A program made the position numbers and the translations under genes. Under the pieces are notes generated by a model that worked only from the letters and a program-made list of their open reading frames with translations, did no database searches and was not told where the DNA came from. Positions 1-12,000 of a DNA stretch of 64,000 nucleotides are shown piece after piece; position 1 is the first letter of the stretch; every line of letters starts with the position of its first letter. The stretch spans positions 21,030,169 through 21,094,168 of the forward strand of contig OZ316891.1 in the NCBI GenBank assembly GCA_973895155.1, given 5' to 3'. This DNA comes from Marsupella aquatica (taxonomy: Eukaryota > Plantae > Marchantiophyta).

Positions 1-699
1 GTTGTCGCGGTGACTCTTTACAATTATATATTTTTCTTGTATTCATATCTGGAACTCCAACGATGACTGAGGTAATAGATATTGAGTACAAATAATCTCA
101 ATTCGGCCAAATGCACCGGCAGTACAGTACTAGCACTGGATCATGATCGAATGCGAATAAATTCGTTTTGGCCAAATTTGCCACAAGTTGTAGGACGTGA
201 TCGGGTGCCAGTGAGTGTGGATAATTTTGATCAGTCAGTAGGAGTTAGGACATCACGACAGGAGAGTTGGTTCCGCGAATAGTTTTTGCTGTAATTAAAA
301 GCTTTGTATATAATTCAATGTGCACATTTGAGGCCAAGAAGCATTTAATCACGGAAGTCCACTTTTATCGTGCATGGAACTCCAGGATTTGGAGATTTTG
401 CTGCGGTTGAGTGCAGTACACATGTAGTCTGCAAATGTTTCTATGTGGTGAAGTTTCTTCCGAACTGCATTTTGGGGTGAAGAATTGTGTGGGTGCAGTT
501 CTACGAAGTGGTTTGTGGAGACGTACACAATCAGTTTCTGAGGCAAACCTGTCCGGAATTGGAACATTTTAGTTGAAGATAGACACTCTCCTGAGTGATG
601 TAACGAGAATTGCAGTCCTCTTAGGTGTGAAGGACGACACTATCCTGAGTGATGTGAAGAGAATTGCACCCTGCTGGACTGCGTGTGGAACTGAATGCA

Positions 700-1430
700 G
701 AATGCGTGACTTTCTGGCTCATATGACCACTGTTTCAAGAACAGGATGCACAGAGTTCTTCTTCCTCGCAATGAATATGAAACTTGAATTCTTATCTTAT
801 ATCAGGTTTGGGCTGCATTTCCACAAGACTGTACAAATCACTCCAAGGCGAAGATTGCTTGGCGGATCCGTTCCAAAAGAGTCATTCTGGTCGGGGACAT
901 GGGTCAACTACTTCCTGTGTGCACCTACCACACCGACAATGTAAGCACATCTTGGCATCTCTCTGTCTCCGCATTATGAGACCAAGTAGAAGTTCCACCC
1001 ATGGACAGTGCTCAGACAAAGCATGGATGTAAAATTCATGGAGTTTCTAAATGACATGTACACGAGCCTCCCTACTCAGACATAGATTGATGTGTGACTC
1101 AGACAATGTGACGTCTGCAAATGAGAAGCACTTGCACTTATCGACGTTTTTACCGCTATGATATGTTCGTACAAGTAGACTGTTGACAACTACAACAGCC
1201 TGGCCTACAAACTTATATCGCGATGTAAGAGATCATCGCCCTCCTAATCATCATCGACGCCCCGTCCAATGACACCAGAAAACTTCGCACCTAGTATGCC
1301 AAGTTGTGGACACTCACCAACGTTGTGATCAGATGCAAAGTCATTCTGACAGCACAATACATATGAACGAGTTCATCTTAGGGCTAGATGGCAACCGAAA
1401 AAGGCAATCTACACAATCATGAAATCCAAT
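700..1430 (+). pseudogene. Decayed PIF1-like (Helitron-type) helicase fragment
   Basis: Manual translation across frameshifts gives DPFQ..RVILVGDMGQLLPV (~860-920, resembling PIF1 PFGGxxVILxGDxxQLPPV) and VLRQSMDVKFMEFLNDM (~1005-1060, resembling RQxxDxxFxxxL). No long ORF; boundaries approximate. Confidence 0.45.
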
Positions 1431-1571
1431 CAATCTGCACACTCACCAACGTTGTGATCAGATGCAAAGTCATTCTGACAGCACAATACATATGAACGAG
1501 TTCATCTTAGGGCTAGATGGCAACCGAAAAAGGCAATCTACACAATCATGAAATCCAATCAATCTGCACAC
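1310..1571. repeat. Tandem duplication, 2 x 129 bp
   Basis: acactcaccaacgttgtgatc...aatcaatctgc starts at 1310 and again at 1439, apparently identical. Confidence 0.95.
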
Positions 1572-2171
1572 GACATGGTGGGCTGCCCCACGGTTGAACC
1601 AAAAGGAACTCTACTCCAGTACATCCTTGATATTGTTGAACACATACTAAGATTAATTGTTTTATGTCTTTTTAATTGGAGAATTTCAAGATAAATATGG
1701 GGATTTAAAATTATTTCTATGTCTTGGATAATTTCAAGATAAATATGGGGTTCTAGAGTTTAAATTTTATGACTGATTGTTCCCTTTGTGGGGTCTCATA
1801 GATTTCAATATGGGGAAATTGATTAGAGAGCAAAGAGAGCAAAATGAGCCCAACAACATGTCCTCAATTTGTCCTTGTCGTGTGCAGATTGGCTGTCGCA
1901 TGGAGTTCAACAACACTTTACAACTTGTGCGACGTTCTATTCACAGTTGATGACTGCCATTGAGTTGGCACGTATGATACTCAAAGAGCTTCCTTCGACA
2001 CACAGGCCAGAGTTGTCCAACCTTCTAGCAACTAGCTAAGCTATGCCGACAGCCTCAACATTGAGCCAAGCAAATGGGACCAGGCATAAGTTCTGGAGTC
2101 AAAGTTGTTAAAATTGATTGACGCCGGTTAAACAGGGCGAATGGGTAATACAAGTACATAATTATGCAAAC

Positions 2172-2307
2172 TGTTAGAATATGACAGTTAAGTCACCGCG
2201 GTTACTTACCTAACCCCAGTTCGGAACCGATGTAACCCCTCTTATCACATACATAAACGTCACCCGAGGGAGAAGGGAACATTCAGTTGGAGAGTTCGAC
2301 TCGAACA
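2172..2307 (+). repeat. 5' LTR of outer copia element
   Basis: TG...CA ends; matches 15852-15987; PBS follows directly. Confidence 0.95.
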
Positions 2308-4300
2308 CGTTATCAGCACTGTCAACCGCTGAGAGCAAGGCCATGAAAAATTGATCCCGGCTATGGTGAATTGGACATGAAGGCGAAATTCAACGCGGCA
2401 AATGAAAGAAATTAAAGAGAGCAAACTCCAATGCTTATAGAGGGGAGGCACCGTGAGGACCGATTCCCCAAGAAATTATCGTGAAGAGATCTGAAAAGAC
2501 AGAAGCGAGAAGGCGCGACTGTAAAGCCCATCAAAAACTGAGATCGAGACCAGATTTTGGATAGTGAGATCATCCCTCACAGCCAGCGATCGAAGAGTCA
2601 GAAGAAAATGAGAAGAAGACACTCAAGAATCCTGAAATGATAAGGAGAGAAATGACCTGTGAATCGAAAGAGCAAGCAGCAGTAGCATCGGGAGGCACTG
2701 GCAAAGAGAATCGATAAGAATCGAAAAGAAAGCAAGGTTGATAACAAGGGTGAATTCTGCAGACCCAAGAGAACAAGAAATTGAGAAGCCCCGAGACTAA
2801 CTGACGAAGCAGCACTCGTGAATCCATAAGGACATCAAAGAGGCATTGAGAATTGCTGCCGAGAGACAGCATAGACAATCGCAAATCCATGAGCGTAGAA
2901 GATCGAAGGCAGTGTGGCAGGGAACTGTGACTTTGCATTGAAAGCACACTCCAATAAGGATAGAAAAAAAGCTCGAAGAGAGAATCGAGCAAGGAGTAGA
3001 AACCAGGAGGAAGCCGAGCCAAAACTGATAAGGAGATTGTGGACAGAATCCTGAAGGGCAGACTCGAAGAAGGCCGCGAGAGCAATCCGAAAGAAGAATC
3101 GTGCAACACAAGAGAAACGAAGAGACGAGATCAGAACAACAAGGTAGAGAGAAGGCTGCAAGAAAAACAATAAGCAGAGAACTAAGGATCGAATAAGAAG
3201 GAGAAGCGAAGGAGATACGAAAGGGCGAGAGAGAGACTAAGAAAAGCAGCCACTGCCCCAATCCCCATAAGGACTTAAATTAATGCAAAACGAAATGAGA
3301 TGAGAACAGAAGCAGTGAGGGGCACAATGAAGAAAGAAGGAGAGCACAAATCATTGCAGAGACCGATGGGAATCGAAGAAATGAAAGAAGGCAATTAAAG
3401 TGAAGAATAGAAGGAACCTTGAAAAGGAGCAGAGAAAGGCGAAGACAGGTGGGAGAAAACATAATCAAACAATGCAACGAGAAGGCATGAATTAGAAAGA
3501 GGCGAAGAGCGAAAGCAAAGGCTGCGAGTAGGACTCAAAGGAGAACAAATTCGATAATAAGCGAGTGAATCTGAGACGAAATTGATAAAGACAAGTTCAA
3601 AAGAGGGCGAACGTCGAGACAACATTGGCAAAGAGTGGCTGCGAAGATTCGAAAGGAATCGAGAGCGAAAACGATAAGGATCGGGCGATTCAGGAGAAAA
3701 AGAAACTCATAAGGTCAACTGAAAGCATGGATGTGATCGATCGAGGCGAAGAGCACAGCTCCTAGACCAAACGACGCAGCAAGAAAGGCAGAAGAAAAAT
3801 GAGGACGTGAGGAACCAAGGAGGCAAGGAAAACTGCAACAACGGGAAGCAAAAACCACGACGAAAACGAGAATTAATCCGCTAAGTGCAACCATAAGTCA
3901 AAGCAAATTTCTTATACAAAAGAAACTGTGCACTAAACCAGGAAAGCGCACAAAACCGCAAACCACTCATAACTGCAAACCAAAAACAAAGAGAATTTCA
4001 TTTACAAGAGAACCTAGTGCAGTTAACCACATACACAAGGAAAACCAAACCTAAGTGCAAACCCTAAAATGCAATTCATCCTTTACACTTAAGTTGCACG
4101 CAAAATTAAACCAAAAATGCATTTAGGGTTAACAGAAAAAGGACCTTACATTAATAAGGCGAAACCCTAAAACACAAAAACGAGAAAGAAAAATCAACTT
4201 CTTTGATTTTCCGAAAACGCACAGCAACAATAACCGCACAAAATGCAGGCACTAAGAACCAACTTATCCTATAAACCTCGCATACGCTATAACCAATATT

Positions 4301-4380
4301 AAACCTAACCCTAACCCTAAAACCTAACCCTAAAACCTAACCCTAACCCTAACCTTAAACCTAACCCTAAACCTAAAACC
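4301..4380. repeat. Telomere-like CCCTAA/CCTAAA tract just upstream of the outer gag ATG
   Basis: aaacctaaccctaaccctaaaacctaaccctaaaacctaaccctaaccctaacc... directly before ATG 4389. Confidence 0.85.
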
Positions 4381-4388
4381 CATAAGAC

Positions 4389-7300
4389 ATGACATCCATA
4401 GAAAAGCTGAACTTCCTAACACTGACCATCAAGGGGAAGAACTACCTCTCCTGGTCACTAGACATTAAAGCTAACCTACTAGCTAAACCATAATCACCGA
4501 CCAGGGCACAACGACCCACCAGAAGGCAAAAGACTTGGTGTTCATAAGACACCACCTGGTCGAACCATTAGGGCTGCAATATGTTAACGAGGAAAATCCC
4601 AAGAAACTCTGGGATCAACTCAAAGAAAGATATGACCATACTAAGACCATACACTTGCCTAGAGCCCGCCACGACTGGGCTAACCTCTGCGTCCAAGACC
4701 ATACGTCGATAGTTAACTATAACAACGAATTGTCCGCATCACATCCCAGTTGGCCTTGTGCGGCCAACTAGTCGGTGATGAAGAACAAATAGAAAAGACA
4801 CTATCAACCTTCCACTCGGGCAACATAATACTCTCATCACAATACAGAAACATGAAGATCACGAGATACTCTAAACTTATAGCTCATATGTTGCTGGCCG
4901 AGAGGCATCAAGAGTTATTCTTGAAGAACTCAAAGATGCGACCCCCTGGAACCTTGCCATCAACCCCAACCACCAAGACAAACTTCAGACAGCCTTCCAG
5001 CAGTAGAGGAGGCCAATGGGGTGGCTTCAGCCGCAATGGTAGAGGACGACCGGCCTTCAGAGGAGGACGACAGTTCGGAGGCGGAAGATTGACCTACCTC
5101 ATGGGGAGAGGCAGAGGCCACGGAGCTGGAGGAGGCCGCGGACGAGGAAGATCAAGCTCCACCTACACCCGTGGAGGATCGGGAAGATCAGGAAGACCAG
5201 CCCAACGGGACGAGTTTATCCCGATAATACTCAGGAAGACCCGTCGTGGAGTGCTTCCGATGCGGCGCCAAGGGCCACCACAGAAGCTGTGCCGCATACC
5301 GGCACACCTAGCAGAATTATACCAACAGAGTAGAAATAATAGAACTTAGGAGGCACATCATGGTACTTTTCTAGAGTAGGAGGAACACCTAGAAAACTAC
5401 ACCCATGACGACACAACCCCTGAGACACATATGATTACACATCAGAAAGATTCCTTACCTTTAGACGACATTAGAACTTGCATTGTAGATAGTGACACGT
5501 CCCACACTACATTAAATTGTAGGGACTATTTCACTCACATTACCCCCTCCCACAGAAACATGACTACCATCATGGGGAGCAATTAACCAGATAGAAGAGC
5601 GTAACGGACCGGCCATAATCACGTTACTCCAAGGCACTACTATCCATATTAAATCAGCCATCTATGCACCTAATGCCACTAGGAACTTGATTAGTTTCAA
5701 GGACATTTGTGATAACGGATATCATATCCACACTAGCACAGATAAAAACCAGGAAGTAATTCATATCTTAAAGAATACTTCCGATGGAATGCTAATAAAA
5801 GAAACACTTTTCGCGTATCCGTTGGGTTTCTATGTCACACAATTGAATGCTTTCCATTCAACTATGCATGAGACGTCACCATATGACCTATGGCATACCA
5901 GGCTTGGACACCCTGGCATGACCATGTTTCACAAGATGAAAAGAGTAACCCACGGAATACCACAAACGCACGTCCAACAAACCATAATCAGTCTTGCATG
6001 GCATGTTCTCAAGGAAAACTAATCCTTAGACCTTCCGTCTCCAAGACAATCCATGAAATGCCCAAATTCTTGGAACGAGTGCATGTAGACATATGTGGAC
6101 CTATAGAATCACCAAGTGGACCATTTTGGTTTTCCTAGTCATTATTGATGCATCCTCAAAATGGTCGCAAGTTTCGTTGCTTTCCACACGAAACATGGTT
6201 TTTCCACGGCTTTTAGCACACATCCTCAAGCTAAAAGCTCAATTCCCTAAAAACCCCATCAAGACAATTAGGGTTGATAATGCAGGCGAATTTACTTTGA
6301 AAACATTCGAAGACTTTTGCATGGCGACAGGGATAGACACCCAATACCATGTAACCCATGTATATTTCCAAAATGGCATCGTGGAATCTGACATTAAAAG
6401 AATACAGATGATAGCAAGACCCATGCTTATGCAGACGCAATTAACCACAAATGAATTGCCCGGGGTCACGTTGTACTACATGCAACAGCTTTACTTAAAT
6501 ATCGCCCATCGGCGTATAACGACCAAACTCCACACCACCTAGCCTTTGGAGCAAATCCTGACCTATCACACGTCAGAACTTTTGGTTGCCAAGTACTCGT
6601 CCCCATAATGGGACCTAAACATACTCGGGAACGTACTAAGATGAGACCTCAAAGATAAAAAGGCATATACATTGGTTTTGAGTCATGACCATCCATAATC
6701 AGGTACTTAGAACCATCAACTGCCGATGTCTTTCAAGCGAGGTTTCCTTACTGCCATTTTTACGAGAATGTGTTCCCCAAACTATTTGAAATGAAACCAC
6801 AATTTGAACAACCTCGTAACCTAGAATTATGATGGCGGACTCAATCCACTACTTGGAACAATCCACGGACACGACAATGCGAAGAAGAAGTCCGCAGAAT
6901 ATTACAACTAACAAAGACTGTGGAGCAAATGCCAGACGCATTTATAGACATTGCGCAAGTGACCAGATCACATATCCCTGCCGCAAACGCTCCCGCACGT
7001 CTACAAGAATTCACACAACTGGCCACGGACCAACCACCAAGAGCAAAACGTGGACGTCCCTTGGGATCTAAAGATACCCAACCAAGGCAAAGAAAAAAAT
7101 TACAACAATATCACCTGCAATACCAGAAGTGATACCCACACCAAATCCTATGGAAACCCCAGAAAATGAAGAAATCTCAATTCACTTCATGAATACTAGA
7201 ACCAAATGGAATAGAAATAATATTCATATGGACGACAACTTTGCCTACCATATTTCCCAAAATATCACGGATACACAACCTGACCCTAAAACAATCAATG

Positions 7301-9067
7301 AGGCACAGAAAAGCCTAGATTGGTCAGAATGGGAAAAAGCAATTAACTCAAAATTGGATTCACTGATTAAACGCCAAGTGCTCATACCTATTGTCCCATC
7401 GCCAAAAGATACCCACTTAACAGACTATAAGTGGATATTCATGAAAAAGAGAAACGCACAAGGCCAAGTTGCAAGATATAAAGCACGCCTTGTCACGAAA
7501 GGATACACACAAATACCTGGGCGTGATTTTGACTTGACATACGCAGCAGTGATGGATGCAATAACCTATCAATACCTAGTTGGATTTACCCTAGGTCATC
7601 GACTACAAATACATCAAATGGATGTCGTAACAACATACTTATATGGATTACTGGATACGACCATATACATGAAAGCACCCCCAAAATTAATAAAATGACA
7701 CACATACCATATCCAGGGGGAGCATAAAACAAAGCAAAACCCATCCACATCCACATCTCTACCTTATACCACAAAAGACCCCAGGAATGGAAAACGGGGC
7801 ATGGTGGACCTATAGTCCATCAAACACCATGGAGTGGACCTATTGTCCTCCAAAAGAACGGACCTATTGTCCCTCCAATACATAAATCCATGCCTCTGGC
7901 CAAGGATGGATATCTTGTCCAGATTATGAGATCTTTATATGGACTAAAGCAAAGCGGAAGAATGTGGTATTAGAGATTTAGAGATGAAATGTTGATTATG
8001 GGTTTTACTAACGAAGACATTGCTCCTTGTTTATTCATTGCCATCTACGTATATGACATCAACCTATTTGGACACTTAACCTATTACAAAACATCATTAA
8101 GATACTAAACCGCGTATTTGAGATGGAAGACTTAGGCCAAACCCAATATTGTTTGGGCCTACAATTCAAACACCTATCTGATGGTATACTTTTACACCAC
8201 AACACTTACACTACAAAAATCCTCAAATAATTCAACATGGACAAGACACATACTCTAACTTCTCCTACGTATTCAAACTTGCAAATGTTATGGAAGTACG
8301 ATCTCTAGACAGAGACAAGGATGCATTCAGAAAGAGAAATGAAAATGAACCACTACTTGGTCCTGAAAAACCATACTTATCAGCAATAGGAGCACTCATG
8401 TTTCTAGCCAACCTGACACGACCAGATATTTCCTTTGCAGTAAACCTGCTAGCCAGACACAGTGCACAACCTACTATACGCCACTGGAATGGCATAAAAA
8501 GAATAATGCGTTATCTTCAAAGAACTATTGATATGGGACTATATTTCCCTAATAACACTAATAAGACCTTAATAGGCTATGCAGACGCTAGATATTTATC
8601 AGACCCAGACGATGCTAAATCATAGACTAGCTACGTACTTTTATATGGTGATACAGCCATTTCCTGGAAAAGCACTAAACAAACACTAACATGCACTTCA
8701 TCTAACCACGCTAAGATTATTGCACTATATAAAGCCAGCAGAGAATGTATTTGGCTAAGAAGAGTAACCAACCATATTAATACAAACTGCGGCTTACCAG
8801 CACTAACTGAGCCTACTACACTATTCGAAGACAATCAAGCATGTGTTGAACAGGTCTCGAAAGGATTCATCAAAGGAGACCGCATCAAGCATATCACACA
8901 AAAATTCTTCTTCACCCACGAACAACAAGGAGACACTAATCCAAGTGAAGACAATTGCGAGCAAAGACAACCATGCAGATTTATTCACAAAAGCCTTGAC
9001 TCCAGCATTACATACTATTCATTGTCAAGACATAGGCTTATGTAGACTATCAAAACTCAGAGATTAA
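4389..9067 (+). pseudogene. Disrupted gag-pol of the outer copia element
   Basis: Starts MTSIEKLNF...GKNYLSW; then RGG tract, LWHTRLGHPG, DICGPIESPSGPF and IRVDNAGEF (integrase), RYKARLV (RT), YLSAIGALMFLANLTRPDISFAVNLLAR, and DNHADLFTK (RNase H end). Many stops and frameshifts. Confidence 0.93.
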
Positions 9068-9076
9068 AATTAATAC

Positions 9077-12000
9077 TGTTAGACTCTACCTATGATCGGA
9101 CGACCGGACCAGCCGGTCACCCGACCCCACTATATGTACACACATTCCTGACTATACAGTTATCTATTGCATTCATTCCATGACACGTTATCAGCACGTA
9201 GCAACCATACTGAGCGGAGGACAGAAATCTACAAAGCTATGGCAGAATTGTGAAGGATCAGAAGCGGAATTGAGTTGACAGAGAAATCCCTGACCGAACC
9301 CTAAGATATAGAAAGGAAAGTGAGTAAGCGAATGAAGGGACAAGCATCCGGCGCATAAGGGCAGAAAACAAAAATTGCATAAGGACATCGATTAGGAATT
9401 ATAGAGGAGAATCGAGAGAGAAGACATCCGAAATTCATTTGCAAACAGATCGACCCTGAAAGAAGAGGACCTGCATTGGCAGGCGAATTTGAACCAAGTG
9501 AAGCAGATAAGGACACTGCGATAAGTGACTGAGAAGACATCGAAGTCAAGCTTGAAAAGAGAGAGCGAATCACAATCAAGAGAATCAGCAGAACTCGAAG
9601 AAAAGAGCAAGTGGAAGCCTGATTCGGAATTAAAGAAGAGAGAACAAGCAGCCATGGAGGGACGATGATAAGAGCAGCAACACCGAAGATAGAAATGTGA
9701 GCGAATTGAAATCTTGAGGCAAGGAGATAAGCAAAATCGATGCACGGAAAAGATGGATGAACAATAGAAAGATGAAGCGAAATGAGAAAAGAACCAGATC
9801 TAATAGGACCGAGAGAAAGAATTAACGATCCGAAAGAAAACGAGCCCTAAGAGATTTCGAAGTCAAAGAGAACTTGATTGCAGAAGGAAGATCAATCGAA
9901 AATAGAGAAAAGAGAAGTCTCTGCTCCGAGGAAGCAGACCGCACAGCAGAATCTGGAGAGAAAGAACCGAAGAGGAGCATTACAAGGCGCAGCCAAAGAA
10001 AGCAGCACAAAGGGGAGATCGAGAGAGGAGTGCACAAGGGGCACAACCGCCATCAAATCCCACCACATTGAAACTGCAAAACGTCGAGAAAACCTCGAAA
10101 ACCACCGGTAAGTGCAAAACCTCTTTAACTGCAAAATCCGTCAAAGAGATTGCAGTTACAAAGGAAAAGTTGCACTTAACCATAACTGCAAAACCTAAGC
10201 GCACATCCGCATAACTGCACACCGTAACCAAGAAAAATTTACTTTACAAAGCCGCATGTGCACGTAACCAAGGCACGAGTATATTACCACCCATAACTGC
10301 ACAAAATGCACAATTCCATTACTGCATAGTTTAACAAAGGAAAAAGAAAATACAAAGGAAACTTTGCAGTTAACCAAATAGCAAGGAAAACCTAAATCCT
10401 AAGTGCAAACCCTAAAATTGAATTTCGGATTTGCATGCTCTCTCCTCCCAGCCCCACCTTGCATGCCGCAGAAATGTGCTTTGTCGTTCCCTACTATACT
10501 TACTAGTATATAAGCCTCAACTACCATTAAAAGGAATCAAGTCATCACCCCAATGACCAAGCTAGAGAAATTAACATTTCCAGCCCTAGACATTGATGGT
10601 AGCAACTACCTGGAATGGTCAATGAACCTCAGAGAGAACCTTACCTCGCTAACCCTACTCCCAGCTATAGGAATGGCTCAACCTATACTAGCTGGCGAAC
10701 CCCAACCAGACCCGTTAACTAAAGCCAATGAATCTAAGGCCCTTGTATTCCTTAGACGCCATATCCATAGATTCCTACAAAGACAATACATGCACCTCTC
10801 AACCGTCGTGAACTATGGACAACGCTCCAAACCCGATTCGACCACCAAAAACTGGTCGAACTACCTAAAGCCAAGCAAGACTGGCTAAACCTGCGAGTCC
10901 AGGACTTTACCTCTATTTCAGCCTACAATAGCGAACTCTTTAGAATAACATCAACCCTCGCACTATGTGGCGAGCCGGTCACAGACAAGGATCTGCTAGA
11001 GAAGCCTTGTCGACATTTCATTCATCGAATGTGTGGCTATCAACACAGTATCGAAACATGAAGTTCGGGCAATACTCCGAGCTCATAGCCCACCTCCTAG
11101 TCACCGAAAGAAACCAAGAACTTCTTTTAGTAAACTCGAGAAAACGACCTGCGGGCACACTGCCCTCAGGACAACAGAATGAAATCCATAACATAGAAAA
11201 TGCTGAACCCTCCACATCGAGGCAAGGCATTAAGCGCACTAAGAATGGCAACCGAAGAAATACCCACAATAAGGGGAGTTACTATAACCAACGTCCACAA
11301 TATAACTCCCAACGAACCTTTAGAGGACGTGGTGGACGAGAAGGACGTGGAGGACGAGGAGGACGAGGAGGACGTGGCGGACATGGCAGATGCGGAGGAC
11401 GCGGCAGTGGAAGAACATATAAACCATGGAAACGATTGGTCACAATCCCGACAACAACAAGAACGACCAAAATGCCATGAATGTGGCATGTCAAACCACC
11501 TAGCAAGAAATTGTAGAATCCTGCAACACCTTAGAGAACTATATCAACGGTCCATCCAGGATGGACAAACCTCTAGGGCACCACCCCGTGAAACCCACCG
11601 GGCGTTTATGGAGTCTAGTGATCCACTCCAAGACTTTTCAGACCTACTCGCCCAACCCGAGGCACACTTAATGGCAAGTAGCTCCACTACACCAGATTTA
11701 AATAGCCCAAACACATGTATTATCGACCATGCATACTATCCTCCAGGATAGGCACCTTTATCACAAGATTACACCCTCACGTAGGTCCCTGACCACTATC
11801 AATGGTCCTAGCCAAATAGAAGAGGGCTTCGGCCCAACTTCTATTAGACTCCCGCACGGGACCGAAATACATATAGAATCTGCTATTTTCGCCCCGAATG
11901 CAACTCGTAATCTCCTCAGTTTTAGAGATATACGAGCAAATGGACTACACGTCCAAACAGGCGATACAAGAGACCAAGAAGTCATCCACTTGGTTGAAAA

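Noticed and set aside
2570-3631. Leu/Ser/Phe-rich antisense ORFs in the copia leaders (also 9191-10231), possible env-like or extra genes
   Set aside because: Explained by extreme purine skew; they overlap in multiple frames and show no evident similarity between the two elements.
4301-4380. Possible true telomere or chromosome-fusion scar
   Set aside because: Short, degenerate, and inside a retrotransposon leader.
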